Shown piece by piece: positions 40,386-50,480 of a stretch of 64,000 bases of DNA. The stretch comes from Sulfurospirillaceae bacterium (lineage in GTDB: Bacteria > Campylobacterota > Campylobacteria > Campylobacterales > Sulfurospirillaceae). Position 1 is the first letter of the stretch. Each line of letters opens with the position of its first letter. The notes beneath the pieces are model-generated. The model searched no databases, was not told the origin of the DNA, and worked only from the letters and a program-made list of their open reading frames with translations. The translations under genes were made by a program, and so were the position numbers. The stretch covers positions 1-64,000 of the forward strand of contig JAWVXD010000003.1 in assembly GCA_033723415.1 (NCBI GenBank), written 5' to 3'.

Positions 40386-40900
40386 TGTTTATCCTTTTGT
40401 ATTTCTTCCAATATCTTTTTTCTTATCTTTGGATTAGTCATGTTCTCACCTCTTAACATCTTGAGTCTCATGTCGTTAAAATCAATAAACCCTTTTTTAT
40501 TCTTTTCATACGCTCCAAATCCATAATGCATAGGATCTGCATAGTCATAAATACTATAATGTGCCGTTTTTGCATTTATATATTTTTTAGTATCGATAGA
40601 ATAAACCCAAATCACTGCAGTATCTGTATTTATTTTATTTTTTTCCATCCAGAGTATCGCACATCCAGGATCATCAAATAGATGTGTTTTATTATCATTT
40701 GTTATGATCTGCACAGTAAAACGTTTACCGACTAGATACATCTTGCATTCTGGACATTGGATTTTATTGTCTTTGAAGCTAAGGGGTACCTTGTCGCTGT
40801 TGTTGATGTCTAAAATACTTCTATTTAGTGTCATCTTATAGTATGCAAGACCCGCTAAAACAACGATAGGCAAAATCACAAGTATAGCTTTTTTTATCAT
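40382..40900 (-). CDS. NosL-family protein (membrane-anchored)
   Basis: CPECKM, FDDPGC and PMHYGFGAY motifs; ATGA coupling at both ends. Confidence 0.75.
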   Translation of the reverse strand: MIKKAILVILPIVVLAGLAYYKMTLNRSILDINNSDKVPLSFKDNKIQCPECKMYLVGKRFTVQIITNDNKTHLFDDPGCAILWMEKNKINTDTAVIWVYSIDTKKYINAKTAHYSIYDYADPMHYGFGAYEKNKKGFIDFNDMRLKMLRGENMTNPKIRKKILEEIQKDKQ

Positions 40901-41859
40901 AACCAAACTCCGTTTCTTAAAAAATAAATTATTACGTATGCACTAACAATAAGCGCATAAATAATGTTAGATGTAAGTGAAATATTGTAGTATTTTGTCT
41001 GTTTTTGTTCTTTTATGATACTCATAATAGCTCCAGAAATGCCATAAAAAGTACCTATATACAAAGTCGCATACAATAGATAACCTATATAATCGTAATC
41101 TTTTTGTAATAAACAAAAAGGGCAGTGGTGTGTCGGAAGCTGGTAAATATAAGTTCCAAAAAACATGATCAATGATACTATTGAGATAATTAGATAGGCG
41201 ATATTGAGAAGTAAATATGCAATGTACCTTTTGGTTATATAAAAAGCAACGATCAATGCTAAAACGGCATAGAAAGTATAAACAAAGTATATCTTGTTTA
41301 TTTGAAATATAAAGGACAGGCTTGATGCTGATGCGCTAGAAAAAATCGTGCCGCAGCAACTTACTATCTTGCTTGTATCTAATGAGGTGAAAAATGAAAC
41401 TTCGTAAAATATTTCAATCATTATAAGGATAAAGCCTACACAAAAGAGTAAAAACTTGTACTTTGTATACGGAAGATTTTCATCTTTTATATCATAAGTA
41501 TGCAGTATTAACCAAAATCCAAAGACATACAGGTTCAGTATCTTGAAAAAGAACATAGCAGTGCTAAAATCTACAGAATCTACAACTCCAGCCGCACACA
41601 TTGCTCCAGGGATAACATTGGAAAGCTTATCTGCCGTAAAAACGAAAAATAAAAACAGCGGTAACTTCAAGGCAAAGATATACTTGATTATAGTGGCAAC
41701 AAGATGGCTTTGGTTCTCAAGTTGATATTGCATTTGACTGGTTGAGTTCAGATCCCATTTTAGATAAATTTTCAGACTTATAAAAAATGCAATAGCACCA
41801 AATGCCAAGAAAATAAAATCAAGGGTTAATATTGATATGATCTCTGGAGTTAGAAGCAT
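40897..41859 (-). CDS. Polytopic membrane protein with Cys/His motifs, function unknown
   Basis: About 8 TM segments; GAMCAAG, SCC and HHCPFC motifs. Confidence 0.8.
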   Translation of the reverse strand: MLLTPEIISILTLDFIFLAFGAIAFFISLKIYLKWDLNSTSQMQYQLENQSHLVATIIKYIFALKLPLFLFFVFTADKLSNVIPGAMCAAGVVDSVDFSTAMFFFKILNLYVFGFWLILHTYDIKDENLPYTKYKFLLFCVGFILIMIEIFYEVSFFTSLDTSKIVSCCGTIFSSASASSLSFIFQINKIYFVYTFYAVLALIVAFYITKRYIAYLLLNIAYLIISIVSLIMFFGTYIYQLPTHHCPFCLLQKDYDYIGYLLYATLYIGTFYGISGAIMSIIKEQKQTKYYNISLTSNIIYALIVSAYVIIYFLRNGVWL

Positions 41860-42527
41860 TGTACTATCTCAGCATTTTTTATATTTATAGTTTTATCTAT
41901 AAGATCAAGATCAAAGAACAGTGGATCATGTGAGGCGATTATTATAGTGTTCTTGCCGTCTTTTAATTTTCTTAGTATATCTATAAATTCTATAGAAAGT
42001 TTTTTGTCAAGATTTGCCGTGGGCTCATCGGCAATGATAATAGAGGGATTATTGACCAAAGCTCTGGCGATCGCTACTCTTTGTTGTTCACCTCCTGATA
42101 AATTTTTAGCTAAGATATTCATCTTTGGGAGAATAGAAAATTTTTTAAATAATTCATTTAGATTCTCGTCTAAGCTTTTTGTATCAGGGTTTGATGGAAT
42201 CAGAGGTACTATTACATTTTCTTTTGCACTGAGCGTTGGTATGAGATTGAATTTTTGAAATATAAATCCAATATTTTCTCTCCTGAACATAGATGTAAAA
42301 TTATCACTAAGCTTCGAAATCCTTTTTTGATTTACCAATACTTCACCGCTTGTAGGTTTGCTTAGCGCTGCAATGAGCGATAAGATAGTGCTTTTACCAC
42401 TACCGCTGGGTCCTTCCAATAGAACAATTTCTCCTTTTTTTATATGTAAATTTATATTTTTTAGAGCCGTTATCTCATCTTTGTTCTCTAAGATAAATGT
42501 TTTTGTCACATCTTTAAATTCTATCAT
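41850..42527 (-). CDS. ABC ATPase, LolD/MacB type (true start ATG 42527)
   Basis: GPSGSGKS, IGFIFQKFNL, LSGGEQQRVAIARAL and ADEPTANLD motifs. Confidence 0.92.
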   Translation of the reverse strand: MIEFKDVTKTFILENKDEITALKNINLHIKKGEIVLLEGPSGSGKSTILSLIAALSKPTSGEVLVNQKRISKLSDNFTSMFRRENIGFIFQKFNLIPTLSAKENVIVPLIPSNPDTKSLDENLNELFKKFSILPKMNILAKNLSGGEQQRVAIARALVNNPSIIIADEPTANLDKKLSIEFIDILRKLKDGKNTIIIASHDPLFFDLDLIDKTINIKNAEIVQCF

Positions 42528-43711
42528 CTCATAACCTCGTCTGCATCCATAGATGCTACTCTCCATGAAGGAACGATAGTAGCGGCTATATAGATTGGAA
42601 CTGTGAGAAAGAATATTATAGAAAACGTTTGAAAGTTAAAACTAAAAGGCAAGATAAAATTTGGTTTTAAAGTCGAGTAGCCTATAAAGATATCTCTTAA
42701 TAATGGGGCATTTAAAAAAAACACATAAAATAACGACGCACAAAAAGCGGTGGCAAAAGAAAGAAATGAAATGACAAATGCTTCATAGAATTTTTCTTTT
42801 AATATATCATCTACTCTCCATCCGACTGCTTTTAAAATACCGATTTCTTTTTTCTCTTCAGAGCTTAAACCGCTGGCTTTATCATAGATGATCATAAAAA
42901 ATGTAAAGCCGCTTATGACAAAAAGAGCCAAGAAGAGTCCACTTTTATAATCAAATATATTTTGATAACTGATCACTAGATCTTCCTTTGTGATAACTCT
43001 GCAATCTGGGAACATTTGACTGATTTTCTTGGCAATATTAGGGATTTCTACCGGATTTGCGACTCTTAATACTATATCAGTGGCCTCACTGTCTTTCATC
43101 CCGAATATTTCCAAAACTTTTTGTTTTGGCATCAATATAACATCATTTGATTCTAATCTTGTGTCGCCTTTAAATACTCCGCCTATGTTCATCTTTATGA
43201 AATCTCCATCAGGCTTGATAAAGTTAAAATAACCGCTGTAATAGTTACTTTCTAATATCTTTTTAACGCCTTGTCCAACAAGCATCTGTGATTTGTCCTG
43301 CATATTTGAAAAATCGAATTTATCTACTAGTTCACTGTAAGATTTTTTATATTGGTCATCAAAACTGTCTATTCCTATGACTGAAAAATTAACTCCTGCC
43401 TTTGCAAAATAGTAATATCCCCAGATCCTTGGAATAGCCTTACTGACGCCTTCTATAGATATCAGTTTATCTATCCTAGATATCGGAATATTTACCTGTC
43501 TACCTGCTATAAGCCTTTGTACAGTAATATCAGGTAAAGCATCAACGGTCTTATCTAATTCGCTTTTTATTGAGTTGGATATAAAAAGAACTGAACTCAG
43601 TAAAAATATAAGTAAGGTAAATACAAAGAATATAAATATATTTTTTGCGCCTCTGCGAAATATTGATGAGAGAGCAAATTCAAGCAAGTGTATATTGAAT
43701 TTATTTTTCAA
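42524..43711 (-). CDS. ABC permease, FtsX/LolC-E type (start TTG 43711)
   Basis: 1+3 TM topology with a large periplasmic loop; EIGILKAVGW motif. Confidence 0.88.
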   Translation of the reverse strand: MKNKFNIHLLEFALSSIFRRGAKNIFIFFVFTLLIFLLSSVLFISNSIKSELDKTVDALPDITVQRLIAGRQVNIPISRIDKLISIEGVSKAIPRIWGYYYFAKAGVNFSVIGIDSFDDQYKKSYSELVDKFDFSNMQDKSQMLVGQGVKKILESNYYSGYFNFIKPDGDFIKMNIGGVFKGDTRLESNDVILMPKQKVLEIFGMKDSEATDIVLRVANPVEIPNIAKKISQMFPDCRVITKEDLVISYQNIFDYKSGLFLALFVISGFTFFMIIYDKASGLSSEEKKEIGILKAVGWRVDDILKEKFYEAFVISFLSFATAFCASLFYVFFLNAPLLRDIFIGYSTLKPNFILPFSFNFQTFSIIFFLTVPIYIAATIVPSWRVASMDADEVMR

Positions 43712-44012
43712 GTTCGATCCTTGAGGGGTTCTTTTTTTGAATTTGCGAATAATTGTACACGAAAGTTGATGGAAAATATTCACTTAATGTTGGAGCATTG
43801 CTAAATATAGAAAATAAGTCGCTAAGACTTCTATGCCTTACAAAATGTGCTTCAGTAGATAGAGACAGATCGCTCATACCCGTTTTTTCAACGAAGAGCC
43901 TTTTGATATCGGAATGATCGACTCTTGTCTCTAAATAAGTTATTTGAACCAATGTTAGGGCAATTATAGATATGGTAAAAATGAGAATTGAAAAACTATA
44001 AATCTTTACCAT
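43701..44012 (-). CDS. Small membrane-anchored hypothetical protein
   Basis: N-terminal TM; DLSLSTEAHFVRHRSL motif; overlaps the permease start. Confidence 0.7.
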   Translation of the reverse strand: MVKIYSFSILIFTISIIALTLVQITYLETRVDHSDIKRLFVEKTGMSDLSLSTEAHFVRHRSLSDLFSIFSNAPTLSEYFPSTFVYNYSQIQKKNPSRIELEK

Positions 44013-44026
44013 ATTTAGCCCACTTT

Positions 44027-44494
44027 CTACATATCTAAGTATTTGATAAGTCCAACAGTCATCTTGCTATACGGTAAAATTCTGCTTCCGCCGTATTTTA
44101 ATTCAAAAAGTTTTGCGCTATTTTGATCTTTTAACGGGATAAGATCATCACCGTGAGGGCCTACTAATCTGCTCCCAAAAACGAACAGAGCATCTTTTGC
44201 ATTTAAAACATCACCTGTTATATAATCTTGCACGTACATAGCTGCGATTTTTGATCTCATTAGTTTATGATCTAAAAAATATTTTTGATGGTAATATACT
44301 TGTAACATTGATTTTACCGACACAAACTGTATAACAGTGCCGTCTTTTAATTTTGCTTCACAAATAAACTTTTGAAATTTTTTAAGTGGTACCTGATATA
44401 CTATATCTTTTGCATTTTGGTCCAATAATTTCATTTGTGCTGCAAACAGACCTAAACTCAATAAACCGATAATCAAAATAATTTTTTTCAACAT
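44027..44494 (-). CDS. NosL-family protein lacking the CxxCxM motif (start ATG 44494)
   Basis: YVQDY, FVFGS..GPHGDDLIP and F..KYGG NosL-fold motifs; signal peptide. Confidence 0.7.
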   Translation of the reverse strand: MLKKIILIIGLLSLGLFAAQMKLLDQNAKDIVYQVPLKKFQKFICEAKLKDGTVIQFVSVKSMLQVYYHQKYFLDHKLMRSKIAAMYVQDYITGDVLNAKDALFVFGSRLVGPHGDDLIPLKDQNSAKLFELKYGGSRILPYSKMTVGLIKYLDM

Positions 44495-44502
44495 AACCCT
44501 CT

Positions 44503-45330
44503 TTACAATAGATCTTTTTTCTTGAATGCAAGATAGCCCAAGAATGAAAATAATAATCCTATAATTATAGGATAACAAATTGAATATACCATTAATACAT
44601 TCGCTCCCAGCGTATCTAGCAAATAATATGCTACCGGTCCTATGACCGTAAGTTCCGGGTCAAATAAGGAAATGGCTCCGATTCTGAAAACTTCAATAGG
44701 ATTCAGTAAAGCTATACTTATTATAAGACCGTCACTTATGCTACCTTGAAGCATCAAGCCAATAAGTGCTATATCTATAAATGCCAACAAGATGATCCAT
44801 ACCGCAAATGAGCTCCCGACTGCTATATCTGTTGATTTTACGACAGAAGATATAAAAAATGCTATACCTAAAAATATAAAACACATAGAAAACAAAAGAG
44901 CGCTATATAATGCGATCATATTCCAGGGCAGATTTCCGCCTTTAATGATTCCAAAGATAACGCCTAAAATAAGGGCAAAGATGATAGGTAAAAAAACTGT
45001 AGAAAATCGCCCTATCATTTTGCCCCAGTAGTAATGTTTTAGTGAAATCGGAAAAGACAGCATATACTCTAGCACATTGCTCTCTCTATCTCCAACTATA
45101 GACTTGACCGTTGTTATTAATATAAAAATAGGCAGTATTATAATGGTAACTTGTATAAAAACCAAAAGTAATCTGCTAAGACCGGTAAATCCCATAACTA
45201 CAGAATCAGATATTCCCGAGATAAAGAACAGTGCCATTATCCCTCCAAACACAAGCGCATATACATAGAACCATTTGGATCTTAGGGATTCTTTTATATC
45301 TAAGTATGCCACTAAACATAGATTTTTCAT
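44503..45330 (-). CDS. nosY: ABC permease NosY
   Basis: GDRESNVLEYMLSFP and LLNPIEVFR motifs; six TM; nos context. Confidence 0.9.
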   Translation of the reverse strand: MKNLCLVAYLDIKESLRSKWFYVYALVFGGIMALFFISGISDSVVMGFTGLSRLLLVFIQVTIIILPIFILITTVKSIVGDRESNVLEYMLSFPISLKHYYWGKMIGRFSTVFLPIIFALILGVIFGIIKGGNLPWNMIALYSALLFSMCFIFLGIAFFISSVVKSTDIAVGSSFAVWIILLAFIDIALIGLMLQGSISDGLIISIALLNPIEVFRIGAISLFDPELTVIGPVAYYLLDTLGANVLMVYSICYPIIIGLLFSFLGYLAFKKKDLL

Positions 45331-45812
45331 TGTTTTCTCATTTCTTTTAATTTTTGCATATTTAATTTTTCAATTTTGTATACTATTTTCTTGGCTTTGG
45401 CAAAATCAATTGTCTTCGAATTCTTTGGCACGTCTTCTTTTGAATATGCAGCAATTCCATATGCCATAGGAGTTATGCTCTCATCTGTATAATATGCTTT
45501 TCTTGCATTGATCCATTTGCCGTTCTTTGCATCGCTTACCCACAAAACAGCATCATCTATCCAAGAGATCTTTGTCTCGCCCATCCATAGAAGACCACAA
45601 CCTATATCATCAAATTTGTATACTTTCCCATTGTGAGGATTGACTACTTCAAATGCATATTTACGCTCACTGATTGCCATTTTACATCTTTGACAAACAT
45701 CTCTATCCCAGTGAATTTTTACAGGATCAGTTGCTATTTTATCTTTTTGACAACCGGCAAAAAACATGCCTATAGATAATAATAACAAAGAGAATAATTT
45801 AAATTTTTTCAT
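45327..45812 (-). CDS. nosL: Copper chaperone lipoprotein NosL
   Basis: Lipobox FAG|C; CQRCKM, FDDIGC and TPMAYG motifs. Confidence 0.9.
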   Translation of the reverse strand: MKKFKLFSLLLLSIGMFFAGCQKDKIATDPVKIHWDRDVCQRCKMAISERKYAFEVVNPHNGKVYKFDDIGCGLLWMGETKISWIDDAVLWVSDAKNGKWINARKAYYTDESITPMAYGIAAYSKEDVPKNSKTIDFAKAKKIVYKIEKLNMQKLKEMRKQ

Positions 45813-46440
45813 CTTCGACAACCTTGCCTAATTCCATATAAATCTGCCTGTTTACAAGATCTTTTATCTCATCCAATCGGTGTGTGATAAAAAGAGTAGA
45901 ACATGAGTCATTCAGTCCAAGTAAAAGATTATAAAAGTGTTCCCTTGCCTTTGGATCCAAATTTGCCGTTGGTTCGTCAAAGATCAAGAGTGAGCTGTTC
46001 TTTGAAAGTGCTATAGCTATTAGAAGTTTTTGTTTCATGCCGCCTGAAAGTTTAAAGAACTGTTTGTTTAGATTGCTTTTTAAATCAAGATCCATTTTGC
46101 TTGCCTCTTCAAAAATCATCTCTTTGGAGATATTTGAACTTTTGACTATAAAAGATATCATCTCTTCAAGATTTAGTTTGATCGGAGGTGGAAGTTGTGG
46201 TATAAAACTTATATTGTTTAATACTTCGACCCTTTGTTTGATCGGATCATAGCCATTAACGTTGATCTTGCCTTTATCTATATGGTAAAATCCTAAGATT
46301 GCTCTTATTAGTGTCGTTTTACCGGCACCGTTTGGTCCCATCATAGCGATCTTATCTCCACTATTGATATCTAGAGATACATTATCTAGGACGTTTTCTC
46401 CCATAAACTTTTTATATACGTTTTGAACTGTTACTAACAT
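45799..46440 (-). CDS. nosF: ABC ATPase NosF
   Basis: GPNGAGKT, LSGGMKQK and DEPTANLD motifs; nos context. Confidence 0.9.
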   Translation of the reverse strand: MLVTVQNVYKKFMGENVLDNVSLDINSGDKIAMMGPNGAGKTTLIRAILGFYHIDKGKINVNGYDPIKQRVEVLNNISFIPQLPPPIKLNLEEMISFIVKSSNISKEMIFEEASKMDLDLKSNLNKQFFKLSGGMKQKLLIAIALSKNSSLLIFDEPTANLDPKAREHFYNLLLGLNDSCSTLFITHRLDEIKDLVNRQIYMELGKVVEDEKI

Positions 46441-46441
46441 T

Positions 46442-47353
46442 TTACACCAAATCTTTCAATCTAAAATCTACATTATAGGCATCTACATGACAGACGTCTA
46501 AACATCGTCCGCAAAGTATGCAGTCACCGTTTTTTATATACTCTGTTCGTTTATCTTTTGCCGCTCTGTCTTTATCATATTTAGGTTTTATAAATTCTAA
46601 AACATGATCTTCAGGACATACCGCTATACAGGCAGAACAGTGGTCGCATTTATTCATATCCCATTTGATCCTTGTTAATCCGATCCAACCTACCAAGTTA
46701 TAAGTTGTACCTACAGGACAAATATATTTGCACCATCCTCGTCTAGAGTAAAAGATTTCAAACAGCAATACAACCAATACCCATACTAATGCAAGACTCC
46801 AACCGTAGGCTATAAAACGGCTGATTATGCCTATAGGGTTTATCACTTCAAAGACCAGATAACCGTCTATGAATGCTGCTAATAAAAAAACTATCCAAAA
46901 GAAAAACCTGATACGATAATCAAATTTTCTCTCTTTTATGATTTTTTTACTTACTAGTTTCAGGTGAATCCGTTCACCTATTTCACTTAGTAAGCCATAT
47001 GGGCATACCCAAGCACAATATGCTTTTCCACCAACGAAAAAATAAAATATCAGCAAGGTTAAACTTCCTATGATGACGTTGATATGCATCCCATGATCGC
47101 TAGCAAAAATCTCCAAAGCAGTAAAAGGATCGATCAGATGAAATCCTAAAAGCCTTGATCCGTTAAGAGTACCTTCCAAGATCTGAATATCTATGTGAAA
47201 AGACAGAAAAAATAGCAAGTTGATGATTATGATACTGATCCATCTCCATCCACGCCATGAGAGTCTGGTCTTGCCATCCTTATTTTTACTTATGAAAGTT
47301 GAAAAAAAAGAAGCATTTACCAACTCTCTGACGCTTCCGCTATATCTATTCAT
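46442..47353 (-). CDS. nosH: NapH-type membrane Fe-S protein NosH
   Basis: Two CxxxCP (CAWVCP, CKYICP) and two CxxCxxCxxxC ferredoxin motifs. Confidence 0.9.
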   Translation of the reverse strand: MNRYSGSVRELVNASFFSTFISKNKDGKTRLSWRGWRWISIIIINLLFFLSFHIDIQILEGTLNGSRLLGFHLIDPFTALEIFASDHGMHINVIIGSLTLLIFYFFVGGKAYCAWVCPYGLLSEIGERIHLKLVSKKIIKERKFDYRIRFFFWIVFLLAAFIDGYLVFEVINPIGIISRFIAYGWSLALVWVLVVLLFEIFYSRRGWCKYICPVGTTYNLVGWIGLTRIKWDMNKCDHCSACIAVCPEDHVLEFIKPKYDKDRAAKDKRTEYIKNGDCILCGRCLDVCHVDAYNVDFRLKDLV

Positions 47354-47365
47354 CTCGTTGCCTTT

Positions 47366-47887
47366 TTATTGTTTTACTGCATCAAGTTTTTCTTTAAATG
47401 AGCTGATCTCTGTTGCAAGTTTTACAAGTTGATCATCGTTTAAATTTCCTAGTAAGCCATACATGACATAATTTTTTCTTTTCCCACTTTTAAAATCTTT
47501 GAGATTCTTTAAAATAAACTCTTTTGACCTGCCGATTAACCTTGGTCCGATTATGCCCTCTCCAATAGATCCATGACAAGATGAACAGTTTTTCTTGTAT
47601 AGTGGACTGACATTGAAAGCAGCAATATTGCCGGCTTTATCTTTGAGAGCTTTTAACTTGTCATCCATTTCATTATTTTGTTGTTTCTTAACCGTCTTAG
47701 TTGACTCTTCTTTTGCAATCTCTTGTTTCAATTCCTTTTTGTCGCTGAGTTTGACTTCGATCCTGCTTTTCTCTATCAAAGAGGCAATGGTATCCATTTT
47801 GTTTACTTCTTTGTCAGAATTATACATATATACGCATGCTACCAAAGCCAAAAGAGTAGAAATCCCAGCTATTATATGTTTTATCAT
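47366..47887 (-). CDS. nosC2: Monoheme cytochrome c NosC2
   Basis: N-terminal TM, CSSCH, GPRL, distal Met. Confidence 0.82.
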   Translation of the reverse strand: MIKHIIAGISTLLALVACVYMYNSDKEVNKMDTIASLIEKSRIEVKLSDKKELKQEIAKEESTKTVKKQQNNEMDDKLKALKDKAGNIAAFNVSPLYKKNCSSCHGSIGEGIIGPRLIGRSKEFILKNLKDFKSGKRKNYVMYGLLGNLNDDQLVKLATEISSFKEKLDAVKQ

Positions 47888-48477
47888 TTCGCGATCCTCA
47901 TTTTTTGTATTTGTTTATTAAAGTCTGCAATTTCACCTGCAATATGTTCAAGCTTTTTATTATCTATTTGCTCAACAAGCTCTTTCATCAGAACATTTTT
48001 TTTCTTGCCTGTTTTAAAGTCGATAATCCTTTGATATATAAAATGTTTGTCCTTGCCAAGTAAAGAAGGACCGATGACACCGTTTGCATAATCATCATGA
48101 CAAGGTGAACATTTGATAATATAATCTTTGCTAAGACGTTTTATCATCATAGTTATTCTAACTTTTTCATATGGTGATTTTACATTAAGATATGCATCGA
48201 TCGTTGTTTTTGTTTTTGATGTTTCTTGATTATATGTCTTGATCTCTTTGGATTCACTTGATTGACCTTCTTTATTGTAAGAGTAGTAAAACTGCCCGCT
48301 ATTTTCTTTTGAGACTTCTTTCGTATCATCTTTTTTTACTACATTCTTTGTAACTTTTATTTTTGTTGTCACTGTTTCTTGTTTCGAATTTTCTTTTTTC
48401 TTTTCTTTGTCTCCGCATCCGTTAAATAGTAAGACTATAGAAACTATAGATGCAAGCAATATGGTTTTAGTTTTCAT
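47884..48477 (-). CDS. nosC1: Monoheme cytochrome c NosC1 (lipoprotein)
   Basis: Lipobox FNG|C, CSPCH, GPSL, distal Met. Confidence 0.82.
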   Translation of the reverse strand: MKTKTILLASIVSIVLLFNGCGDKEKKKENSKQETVTTKIKVTKNVVKKDDTKEVSKENSGQFYYSYNKEGQSSESKEIKTYNQETSKTKTTIDAYLNVKSPYEKVRITMMIKRLSKDYIIKCSPCHDDYANGVIGPSLLGKDKHFIYQRIIDFKTGKKKNVLMKELVEQIDNKKLEHIAGEIADFNKQIQKMRIAK

Positions 48478-49259
48478 TTGTTACCTTTCTTGTAAACACT
48501 GGCGTAATCTTCTCGTGGTATGATCTTTAGCACATTGGTTGGACATAATTCTACGCAAACCCCACATCCAACACACGCTTCTCTTATATCAGGAATCAAC
48601 CCTCCATCCTTTTTTATCAAGCCTATTGCATCACTTGGATTAGTATATGGACACAAACTGGCACAAATTGTGCATGGCTCATTACGTAATTTATCTAATT
48701 TTGTTAAAACTTTTTTTTGTAGTTTTATCTTCTCCTTTTCACTATCTGAGATCTGTATTTTCCTCGTTTTGTGTTCTTCAGACGTAAGTACTTTTGTATG
48801 ATCATAGATCCTGTCTATTGCACTGTCTGGAACTTTTTCATTCTTTAACGCTAGACAAGCCTGCATGTTTGAGACTACGGCAATGCCCATTTTGACGTAT
48901 TTTATATTGTCATGTTCATGATCCAATGCTCCGGTTGGACAAGCCAGCATGCAAGGGAAAGCATCGCATAGATAGCATCCTCTTTTTCTAGGATCTATAT
49001 ATGCCATACCAATACTTGCTCCACCGTCTACGTCTTCTAGTTCAATAGCATCATAAGGACAGACTTGCAGGCATTGTCCACATTTAATACATAGTTTTAA
49101 AAAGTCTTCTTCCTTGACTGCCCCCGGCGGTCTAAGTCTTGGGGTACTCGCTTTTAGCTTGGGAGCAAAGTATATACCTGCTCCGCTCGCTAATCCCAAA
49201 ACACCAAGCCCTGCAATTTTTCTTATAAAATCTCTTCGTTTTTTATCATCTGGGCTCAA
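48474..49259 (-). CDS. nosG: NapG-type periplasmic polyferredoxin NosG
   Basis: Tat motif RRDFI, LRPPGA and four Cys clusters. Confidence 0.9.
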   Translation of the reverse strand: MSPDDKKRRDFIRKIAGLGVLGLASGAGIYFAPKLKASTPRLRPPGAVKEEDFLKLCIKCGQCLQVCPYDAIELEDVDGGASIGMAYIDPRKRGCYLCDAFPCMLACPTGALDHEHDNIKYVKMGIAVVSNMQACLALKNEKVPDSAIDRIYDHTKVLTSEEHKTRKIQISDSEKEKIKLQKKVLTKLDKLRNEPCTICASLCPYTNPSDAIGLIKKDGGLIPDIREACVGCGVCVELCPTNVLKIIPREDYASVYKKGNK

Positions 49260-50476
49260 AGTGTGCCTCCTATCTTAGTCTTTGGATGTTTATCAACAGC
49301 CAATACTACAGGCTCAGACAATGGCGCTAGTTTGGCTAAAAAATTGATAATAGTAATAATAGGCGAACCGTAAAAGAATTTTACACTGGGATTGAAAAGC
49401 CACATCTTATCTGCATAATATTTTTCTACGTGAGGAGTATCTCCTATACCGTCTTTATTCTTGTCAAATCCCTGATAATCATCCCAATAGTTGCCATCCC
49501 ATGTGTTGAGGTTCACTTTTGCATTATAGGAGTCATTTATGACATTTTCTATATTCCCTTTGATAATATTATTTTTGAAAATATTTGCAATACTCAAAGA
49601 ATGAAAAGCAACTGCCACACTATTGTATAAAAGTTTGTTATTCTTAATGTAATTATGCGTACCCGGCTGGAAAGGAGATCTATCAAGATAAAAACCTCTC
49701 GCACAATAAATCATAGTATTGTTTTCAATTGTAAAATTTGATGCATCTTTCAAACCGATACCAAGTCCGGTTGTACCTAGTGAGTTTTCAATCACATTTC
49801 CCGTTGCTATGGTATCTTGAGAGTACATAAAAAATATACCTACACTATTGTGTTTGAAAGTATTATTCTTGACTATATTTTTGCCTGTATACATAAAATG
49901 CAACGAATATCTGCAATATTCGCCGTAATTTTTTTCTATTAGATTTCCATGGCTATACCAAACAACAAAATCTCTAGATTTGATAATGCGATTTTTTCTG
50001 ATTAAATTATCATTGCTGTACCATAATCTTATGGCATCTCCTCTGAGGCCGAGACTGAAAGGTTTTGAAGTTATATAATTATCTGCAATCACGCATTTGC
50101 TTGATTGTCTGACATCTACCCCAAATAAAACATCTAGAAGTTTACAGTTTATCACTTTAGTATGTTTGACATTGTTCAAAAGAACTCCGGCATCAACTCT
50201 TTCATGTTCTTGTCCACTGTGTCTTATTGTAAGATTTTTCAACGTTACATACGAACTGGTGATTTTTATGACCGTACCGTTTCCATCGCCTTCAATGATA
50301 GCTTTATGATTTTGACCGTCTATTATGAGTGGCTTATTTATAACAATATTTCCTTTATATACTCCAGCAGGAAGTTCTAATAAAGAGCCTGCTTCTGCAT
50401 TGTCTATTGCATTTTGCAAGACATTTGCAGCAAATATAGGCAAAAAAGAAATAAAGATTATAAATAGTATTCTCAT
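49256..50476 (-). CDS. nosD: NosD beta-helix maturation protein (start 50476 or 50494)
   Basis: RGDAIRLWYS, RYSLHFMY and GNYWDDY..D...DGIGD motifs. Confidence 0.95.
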   Translation of the reverse strand: MRILFIIFISFLPIFAANVLQNAIDNAEAGSLLELPAGVYKGNIVINKPLIIDGQNHKAIIEGDGNGTVIKITSSYVTLKNLTIRHSGQEHERVDAGVLLNNVKHTKVINCKLLDVLFGVDVRQSSKCVIADNYITSKPFSLGLRGDAIRLWYSNDNLIRKNRIIKSRDFVVWYSHGNLIEKNYGEYCRYSLHFMYTGKNIVKNNTFKHNSVGIFFMYSQDTIATGNVIENSLGTTGLGIGLKDASNFTIENNTMIYCARGFYLDRSPFQPGTHNYIKNNKLLYNSVAVAFHSLSIANIFKNNIIKGNIENVINDSYNAKVNLNTWDGNYWDDYQGFDKNKDGIGDTPHVEKYYADKMWLFNPSVKFFYGSPIITIINFLAKLAPLSEPVVLAVDKHPKTKIGGTL

Positions 50477-50480
50477 GATA

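Noticed and set aside
46442..49259. napGH nitrate reductase genes
   Set aside because: No napA/napB; position within the nos cluster identifies them as nosG/nosH
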